Position numbers and translations under genes: made by a program
Virus record (IMG/VR): IMGVR_UViG_3300010885_074529
Direction: 5' to 3' (one strand)
DNA length: 64,000 bases
DNA from: an uncultured virus (IMG/VR IMGVR_UViG_3300010885_074529)
Taxonomy: Duplodnaviria; Heunggongvirae; Uroviricota; Caudoviricetes
Part shown: in pieces, positions 58,174 through 64,000 of the stretch
Layout of the letters: the number at the start of each line of letters is the position of its first letter
Numbering within the stretch: the stretch's first letter is position 1
The notes under the pieces: generated by a model
Told to the model about the DNA's origin: nothing
The model's database searches: none
The model's input: only the letters and a program-made list of their open reading frames with translations

Positions 58174-58914
58174 ATGTCAAAAGAAAGATATCAAAACCCC
58201 ACTGTGGGGGACAGCGTAAATTTAAGGTTGTTTACTTATAACAGCAATAATAGAAGAGATGTTCAAGAAATAGAACAAGTAGAAATCTATACGCTGGACC
58301 CCACGGAAAGAACCGAGGACAATCCAGAAGGTCTTAGGCTGGTACAAATAATAGATGGATCTTCTGTTGTTAAAGAGGATACTGGTCGATATCTTGTAAC
58401 AATCGATGCCTCTAGTCCTATTTATACAATAGGCGAGTATAAGGATAAGTGGAAAGTAAAGTTTCAAGATAATGATTCTTTTACTGCTACAATTGCTAAC
58501 AACTTTACTCTCTATCCTGATTTGTGGTTTACAACTTCTTTACCACCTGTTTATGATTTTAGTTTTAATTTTAGACCAAATAGAATAAGAAGAGGTTCTA
58601 AGAGATATTTGATTATTCAAGTAGTACCAAATGTGCCAAGAGGCCCAGACTTAGAAAGATATTACGAAAACTTGGCTATAGTCTCAGATTTAAGAGTATC
58701 TATCGAAGTTGACTGTGCAGACTGCGTTCCTGTAGAGCAGGATTTAAGGTTAGTTGTAGATAGACAGATAGTTGATTATAGAGAGAAAATGTATGCATAT
58801 TACTTTATCGACACTTCAGAATTAGCGTCAGGAATATACAATGTGTGGTTCGAATTAACGTTTGGAGAAAACACATTCATTTCTGACAAGGGGGCTTTAC
58901 AAATACATGATTAA
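58174..58914 (+). CDS. Hypothetical Ig-like structural protein
   Basis: GAGG RBS; TGRY.V, G.Y.D.W and G.YNVW; N-terminus resembles that of 26595. Confidence 0.65.
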   Translation: MSKERYQNPTVGDSVNLRLFTYNSNNRRDVQEIEQVEIYTLDPTERTEDNPEGLRLVQIIDGSSVVKEDTGRYLVTIDASSPIYTIGEYKDKWKVKFQDNDSFTATIANNFTLYPDLWFTTSLPPVYDFSFNFRPNRIRRGSKRYLIIQVVPNVPRGPDLERYYENLAIVSDLRVSIEVDCADCVPVEQDLRLVVDRQIVDYREKMYAYYFIDTSELASGIYNVWFELTFGENTFISDKGALQIHD

Positions 58915-59704
58915 AATAGGTTTATATTATCAGTCGGGATATAGATATGTTCCCTGTTTTTATGCTTTAGAGCAATTTAGAAAAGTATATCCAAATGCAC
59001 CAATTTCTTTGTATGAAGATAATTCAAACGTACTGTTACCTATAGCTAAAAAGTTTAAATGCGATTATAAAAAAACCATAATTACAGGACGCAACGGCAA
59101 TAATAATGGCAGAGAATCTTTTGATTTAAAATCAACAAAAGCTTGGTTTGAAAGAATAAACGAAGCTTGTACTACAGTTTTATCTGAGGCGGACTGGATC
59201 GTTCACTTTGAAGACGATGTTTGGATTAGAAGAGAATTAAGAAGTGAGCCTCCATATGATTTGTCTGGGATTGGTGGGATAGGATGTGATGTAGGCCTAT
59301 ATGAACACCTACAAACCTCCGTTAGAGGAGCATATGGTTGTGGCGGTTCTATGTTCAATAGAATAAAATTCATAGAAGCATATAAAAAAATAAATGAAAT
59401 TGATTGGGATTTAATGGACAAATTAGCAATAAGTCCAAAGCCATCAGAATGGGCAGATACAGCTATAACAATACTTTTTTTATATTCAAAAATGTCTGTT
59501 GGTCCATACAACGAACTTGTACAATATAGAAATAGCAAAGCACAAACACTCTTGGACAGAAGAGGTTGGCTTGGATCGATGCAAGAATTAGAGGAAGAAC
59601 AAGGAGATGTAGCAATTATACACTGCTGGAAGCCTTACTATTATCCTACAGAAGAAGAAGTAATATATGTTGAAAAAAAATTAGCAAAAAAAATTTTAAA
59701 TTAA
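58907..59704 (+). CDS. GT-A glycosyltransferase-like protein
   Basis: DWIVHFEDDVW, GCGGSMF and a late IIH. Confidence 0.6.
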   Translation: MIKIGLYYQSGYRYVPCFYALEQFRKVYPNAPISLYEDNSNVLLPIAKKFKCDYKKTIITGRNGNNNGRESFDLKSTKAWFERINEACTTVLSEADWIVHFEDDVWIRRELRSEPPYDLSGIGGIGCDVGLYEHLQTSVRGAYGCGGSMFNRIKFIEAYKKINEIDWDLMDKLAISPKPSEWADTAITILFLYSKMSVGPYNELVQYRNSKAQTLLDRRGWLGSMQELEEEQGDVAIIHCWKPYYYPTEEEVIYVEKKLAKKILN

Positions 59705-60384
59705 AAACATTTTATAATTGGTTTGTTATAATGAGACAACCAAAATTCTTCATTAAAACATACATGTCCCCCTATATCGGAAACACCTCCACCTTTTTGT
59801 ATGACTGCTGCTGGGTATACTAAATATTTATTCTTAAAAGTATTATTTAAATAAATATCTATAACATCAAAGGGTTTATCAAATTTATTTTCTAATACTT
59901 TATCGAAAGATGTGCTGTTAAGGATATATGCTTGAGTGCTAGTGCAACAATCACACTTAATGATGTGGTCCGAATATAGTTTTAGTTCTTTATCATGCAA
60001 ATTTGCTCCAAAATAAAATATATCCCAATTATTTATTTTGGTTAATTCGTTTAATGCTTCTTCGATAATTTGAAGTGCAGTGTAAGTTTCATTTTCGTAA
60101 AACAAAGCATCATCTTCAAAAATTAAAACATTTTTATATCCTCTATCTTTTGCGATTTGTATTATATTTTTATGTGATAGAGAACAAGCTTGTCCCAGTA
60201 AAAACATTTTATGATTATCATCAACACGATAATCAATAGTATCAAACGCAGAAATTGCTGGGAATCTTTCAACAAACGCATCTAACCCTAGCCTTTTAAA
60301 TTGTTCAATCATGAATTCATTTTTATCTTTCCTATGTTCTAAATTTATATAAAACGCACCACTAACAAATTCTTGTATCTTCAT
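59701..60384 (-). CDS. GT25-family glycosyltransferase
   Basis: YINL.HR.D, RF.A, CSLSH, LIFEDDA, AY.L and ID. Confidence 0.85.
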   Translation of the reverse strand: MKIQEFVSGAFYINLEHRKDKNEFMIEQFKRLGLDAFVERFPAISAFDTIDYRVDDNHKMFLLGQACSLSHKNIIQIAKDRGYKNVLIFEDDALFYENETYTALQIIEEALNELTKINNWDIFYFGANLHDKELKLYSDHIIKCDCCTSTQAYILNSTSFDKVLENKFDKPFDVIDIYLNNTFKNKYLVYPAAVIQKGGGVSDIGGHVCFNEEFWLSHYNKPIIKCF

Positions 60385-60397
60385 TCGATTCTTTCTT

Positions 60398-61534
60398 TTA
60401 AAATTTATCTAAAAAATTGGTCCACATTGGACCTATATTATTAATGTTAAAATTTTCAAGAATATAAGGGATTCCTTTAGTTCTAATTTCTTCTTTTAAT
60501 TCTTGGTTTTCTTCTATCCATTTTATTTTTTCTACAATATTATCAATGGAAGACATATAAGGAGCTGACGTTACTCGTTCCGTCATCATTTTTTCCATAT
60601 CGGTTTCTGGTGGAAAATCTAATTTAAAATAATGACCTCCATAGTACTCCTCATGCGAACCTAAAGGATATGAAACAACTATAACCCCCATACCAATAGC
60701 TTCAGCCATTGCACAAGAATGTACGTCTTTATAAACGTGACCGTTAGGTGTATACTGTGGGAATATAAAATAATCACTAGTCGCTAATTCACTAAATAAA
60801 GTTTCCTTATCTATTCCATTACTCAAATCGACATAATCAAATGATTTAAAATTATCACCCCAACCAAGTTTTCTAACAGCATTTAACGCAACTTCTCCAC
60901 CTCTAGACCATTGTGCTGGAAAGATAACTTTTTTATGTTGTCTCTCTAATTTTTTATCTAATATTTCTAACATAACATCTGTGGTCATTGCGTTGGGTAT
61001 AATTGAGGTTAATAAATCTGATACATTGTTTCTGAGAAATTCAATATTATCTTTATGATGGCCTTCAGCCCATTTAGATATATTAATATAACCCACTTTT
61101 AAATTATTTTTAAGTGCGAAATCTTTTAACTCACTTAAATAATAACCCCAAGCTAAATGACACCAATAACATACCGCTTTAGTGATTGTTGCGTTTAGTT
61201 TATCATATTCACCAAACCATAACGAATTAACTAAAACATCAAATTCTGTATTTTTTAAACCATCTAAATTTGGTAGATAAGTATAGGTAACACCATTTAC
61301 AATGTCTTTACCAGGATTAAAGTTATATCCCCTTTCATTTCTTTGTTTAATTAAATCGTCAGAGGATTTTTCAACGGCAATTACCACATCATTACCAGTT
61401 TTCGCCAAATATTCAGCAATCAAAATTGATGTGGAGTCTGTTCCTGATAGTCCTGCTTTATTGTATCTCATAGTATCTCCGTTAACGAAGTTACTTCTTG
61501 ATCCATTACCGGTTACTGTAAATAATATTCTCAT
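60398..61534 (-). CDS. GT-B (GT4-like) glycosyltransferase
   Basis: GLSGTD, IIPNA, L..SDYFIFP and MAEAIGMG..VV....G...E. Confidence 0.75.
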   Translation of the reverse strand: MRILFTVTGNGSRSNFVNGDTMRYNKAGLSGTDSTSILIAEYLAKTGNDVVIAVEKSSDDLIKQRNERGYNFNPGKDIVNGVTYTYLPNLDGLKNTEFDVLVNSLWFGEYDKLNATITKAVCYWCHLAWGYYLSELKDFALKNNLKVGYINISKWAEGHHKDNIEFLRNNVSDLLTSIIPNAMTTDVMLEILDKKLERQHKKVIFPAQWSRGGEVALNAVRKLGWGDNFKSFDYVDLSNGIDKETLFSELATSDYFIFPQYTPNGHVYKDVHSCAMAEAIGMGVIVVSYPLGSHEEYYGGHYFKLDFPPETDMEKMMTERVTSAPYMSSIDNIVEKIKWIEENQELKEEIRTKGIPYILENFNINNIGPMWTNFLDKF

Positions 61535-62772
61535 ATCTTTTTTTCATACCTTTCGCTCCATTGTTTCTCTTTATCAAATAAATACATAACAATTTTTTCT
61601 GGCTTATCTTGGGAATAAAAATCTGCTAAGTATCTACTGCTTTTCAGCGTGACTAGATCTGGGGATTCTGCTAATGTAAAGTCTTTTCTAAATATCTCTT
61701 TGCCAGAACTATTATGAATACCAATCGTTAGAAATTCAGGATTGTTAAAATTCGCTTTTTCAAAAAATCCTAAATCCCACTCGCAATTAATATTGTATTT
61801 TTGAGAAACAAACTGATTTTCCCAATCTATTGGATTGGGCGGTTCATTAACCTTCAATGTGTAGTCCTGAATTCTACATTTTTTAAAATCAAAGCCCCCA
61901 AAAACTTCGTAATCATGAAGTGTTCTTTTAGTTCCTAGCCCATACTTTGTCATATCTATTTTATGATCTTCTTGCCCAAATAGCTGCCTTGTTTTGTTGC
62001 GAGCAAAAACGTCTCTTTCTCCACTTGTTTTTTTTGTTTTAGAAACAACACCATGATCTTCCCAGTGTTTAGGCCTATTATTTCTAGTGTATTCGTGCCA
62101 AATATATTGCCGATAAGGACTATAAAAATCATACCCCCAAGTAAAAGCTCTAACACTCAAAGTCGTTTCTTCTGTGTATCCTCCAAAATAAATGTCGGGG
62201 TCATATGGTACTTCTTCAACAAAACTTCCATCCGCCAAACAAAAGTGAGCACTTATAGTTCTTGCTTTTATAACCTTGGATCTTTGTTTGTAGTCCATGA
62301 TGTGATATGGCCTACTCATAAGCAAGCTGTCATAACTAAACTCGTATTGACTCATAAGACATGGTGAAGCTTCATAAACAGTTTGTTCTGGTTGAAAGGG
62401 TGTTAGATATGTTGTTAAAACAGGCTTTTCAGAAAAAGATTTAGACTGATTAAAATCTTCTAACATCATAACATCCCAATTCTCTAGAAACCTATGATGA
62501 CTATCTAATTGCAAAACAAGATCTTCTCCGTTATAAAGATTGTTTGTTATTGCTCTAGCCCATCCTAGACCTTGGCTGTCACTATAATGATGTTTGCTTA
62601 CTCTAAAATTAGAATTTCCATCATACAAGTTGATGTTTTCTGACTCGTCATATTGCCAACAAATACCGAAGACGAATTGGTCGGGATTTTTTGCTTTTTT
62701 CAGCATATCCTCAATTGTTATTGTTAATTGTGGATCTCTATAAGACGCAATTTGAACAAATATTTTACTCAT
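61531..62772 (-). CDS. GT60-like (Skp1-hydroxyproline GlcNAc-transferase-like) glycosyltransferase
   Basis: IFVQIASYRD, FGICWQ, G..WAR, GE...LQLDSH.RF..NWD, VPYDP..YF..EE..LSVRAFT.GYD.Y.P. Confidence 0.85.
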   Translation of the reverse strand: MSKIFVQIASYRDPQLTITIEDMLKKAKNPDQFVFGICWQYDESENINLYDGNSNFRVSKHHYSDSQGLGWARAITNNLYNGEDLVLQLDSHHRFLENWDVMMLEDFNQSKSFSEKPVLTTYLTPFQPEQTVYEASPCLMSQYEFSYDSLLMSRPYHIMDYKQRSKVIKARTISAHFCLADGSFVEEVPYDPDIYFGGYTEETTLSVRAFTWGYDFYSPYRQYIWHEYTRNNRPKHWEDHGVVSKTKKTSGERDVFARNKTRQLFGQEDHKIDMTKYGLGTKRTLHDYEVFGGFDFKKCRIQDYTLKVNEPPNPIDWENQFVSQKYNINCEWDLGFFEKANFNNPEFLTIGIHNSSGKEIFRKDFTLAESPDLVTLKSSRYLADFYSQDKPEKIVMYLFDKEKQWSERYEKKI

Positions 62773-62813
62773 TTAGTTTCTCCGTAAACTAAGCGAGTAA
62801 GAGAATTATTTTT

Positions 62814-62990
62814 TTAAGTTGCAGCATTGCAGGGTCCCGGTCCTCCAGCAACTCCGCAAGCTTTTACATCTCTGGGTTTTGGACCTGCGTCTCTAGGGCC
62901 CGGCTTAAAAAGGCTAGCTTGTGCCTTGCCTTTACTTATAAACATTTCTTTTAATTTTACCCACTCTTTAAATGTTTTGAATTGTGCCAT
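62814..62990 (-). CDS. Small protein with a capsid-targeting-like leader
   Basis: MAQFKTFKEWVKLKEM; ATG at 62990. Confidence 0.6.
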   Translation of the reverse strand: MAQFKTFKEWVKLKEMFISKGKAQASLFKPGPRDAGPKPRDVKACGVAGGPGPCNAAT

Positions 62991-63012
62991 AAAACTATAT
63001 ATACTTAAAGAT
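62991..63012. promoter_or_regulatory. Candidate bidirectional late promoter in a 22-bp gap
   Basis: aaaacTATATATActtaaagat is the entire space between divergent ATGs. Confidence 0.45.
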
Positions 63013-63228
63013 ATGATTAAACAAATACTTGTGACTTTTATTATTATTTTTATTATTTGTGCTTTTATTTCACTGAAAGAAACAGAAGAACTTGGGGGAA
63101 CAACCTGCGAAGACACAACCGATTGCCTCGAAGGACAAACAGCAGGTAAAAATAAAAAATTAAATGCAATTAAATGGCTAGTAAACAAAGAATACAGAAG
63201 GGGATATGTTGTAGGGTCTAACAACTAA
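63013..63228 (+). CDS. Small membrane-anchored protein
   Basis: MIKQILVTFIIIFIICAFISL N-terminus. Confidence 0.5.
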   Translation: MIKQILVTFIIIFIICAFISLKETEELGGTTCEDTTDCLEGQTAGKNKKLNAIKWLVNKEYRRGYVVGSNN

Positions 63229-63232
63229 AAAT

Positions 63233-63484
63233 ATGAAACAATTTCAAGAATGGATAATAAACGAAGCAGAAAACTCAAGCAATAAAACCAAAGCTATGGT
63301 TGCATTAGTAGACGCACTAAGAGACGTATTTGGTAAATACGATATAGCAACAAGAAAAAAAGTATGGGAAGAAATTACATCAGCTCATGGAAAAGAACTA
63401 GTCGCTAAGCTGGTGCGGAATCCGAAAACATATTTAAGCGATAGCGAGTTTATCAAACTAATACAAAAAGGCAGTAAAAAATAA
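63233..63484 (+). CDS. Small protein with a capsid-targeting-like leader
   Basis: MKQFQEWIINEA. Confidence 0.65.
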   Translation: MKQFQEWIINEAENSSNKTKAMVALVDALRDVFGKYDIATRKKVWEEITSAHGKELVAKLVRNPKTYLSDSEFIKLIQKGSKK

Positions 63485-63892
63485 TCAAACTAATTTGTGA
63501 ACAGAAAATTCTTGGTCTTTATTGGAGTAAACTATTTTTTTAAATCCTAATTGTTTTATCATTTCCATACAACCACCGCATGGCTGACTATTGTCTAGTT
63601 TATTATTCCTGTTTATACGGGTATTCACGATAGTTAGACCGGAACAATTATCATACCCTAATTTTATCACAGAACTCATTTCTGAATGTGTACCAACTAC
63701 ATCGCTTATATTGTGCTTTTGTTTATTTCTGTAATTGTACTTCAAGTTTAATGGATGAGTTTTAGGACTATTGCACCCTATAGACAAAAGCCTTTTATTG
63801 TCAAATATAAAGCTAAAGTGCTTACACCTCTTGTTGTGTCGGCACTTACCAGCTAAAGCAAAACTTATTTCTATTACTTTATCTAAATTCAT
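63485..63892 (-). CDS. Cytidine/dCMP deaminase-fold zinc protein
   Basis: THSEM and SQPCGGC motifs; GFKKIVYS. Confidence 0.8.
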   Translation of the reverse strand: MNLDKVIEISFALAGKCRHNKRCKHFSFIFDNKRLLSIGCNSPKTHPLNLKYNYRNKQKHNISDVVGTHSEMSSVIKLGYDNCSGLTIVNTRINRNNKLDNSQPCGGCMEMIKQLGFKKIVYSNKDQEFSVHKLV

Positions 63893-64000
63893 CTTGCTTT
63901 TTCTCGAAATAAAATATGTGTATTTTCTTCAATATAATTTTTTGCTTTAGGAGTCCATAATTTTTTAATTATGTGTCCTGTCTCTATCATTTTGTCTATT

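Noticed and set aside
1..64000. Stop-codon reassignment
   Set aside because: Conserved genes are full length in the standard code, and TAA, TAG and TGA all end genes at sensible boundaries.
1..64000. tRNA, rRNA, introns, inteins, transposases
   Set aside because: None recognised by eye. Intergenic gaps are short or filled by small ORFs. tRNAscan/Infernal were not run, so small RNAs cannot be fully excluded.

Overview
This 64-kb, AT-rich, densely coding window uses the standard genetic code and looks like part of a large T4-superfamily-like (probably jumbo) myophage genome. It holds a near-complete contractile tail module: a 2354-aa tape measure, gp53/hub/spike/gp25/gp6/gp7-like baseplate genes, fibre and PKD proteins, a gp14-like neck, a gp15-like terminator, the sheath, two tubes and a gp26-like chaperone. 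It also has a gp2-like DNA end protector and a gp55-like late sigma factor. No terminase, portal, capsid, tRNA, CRISPR or integrase gene was recognised. Notable points: (i) about 10 glycosyltransferase-fold genes, two resembling eukaryote-type protein O-glycosyltransferases (GT60 and GT95/GT96), next to Pro/Thr-repeat virion proteins; (ii) a volactin-like actin followed by a tandem-repeat partner; (iii) an unannotated -1 frameshift joining gp26-like and gp51-like frames; (iv) about a dozen proteins with a T4 capsid-targeting-like leader, including a motif-degenerate CCA-adding enzyme; (v) very short divergent intergenic gaps centred on TATATA. All family calls come from motif recognition by eye; no database search was run.
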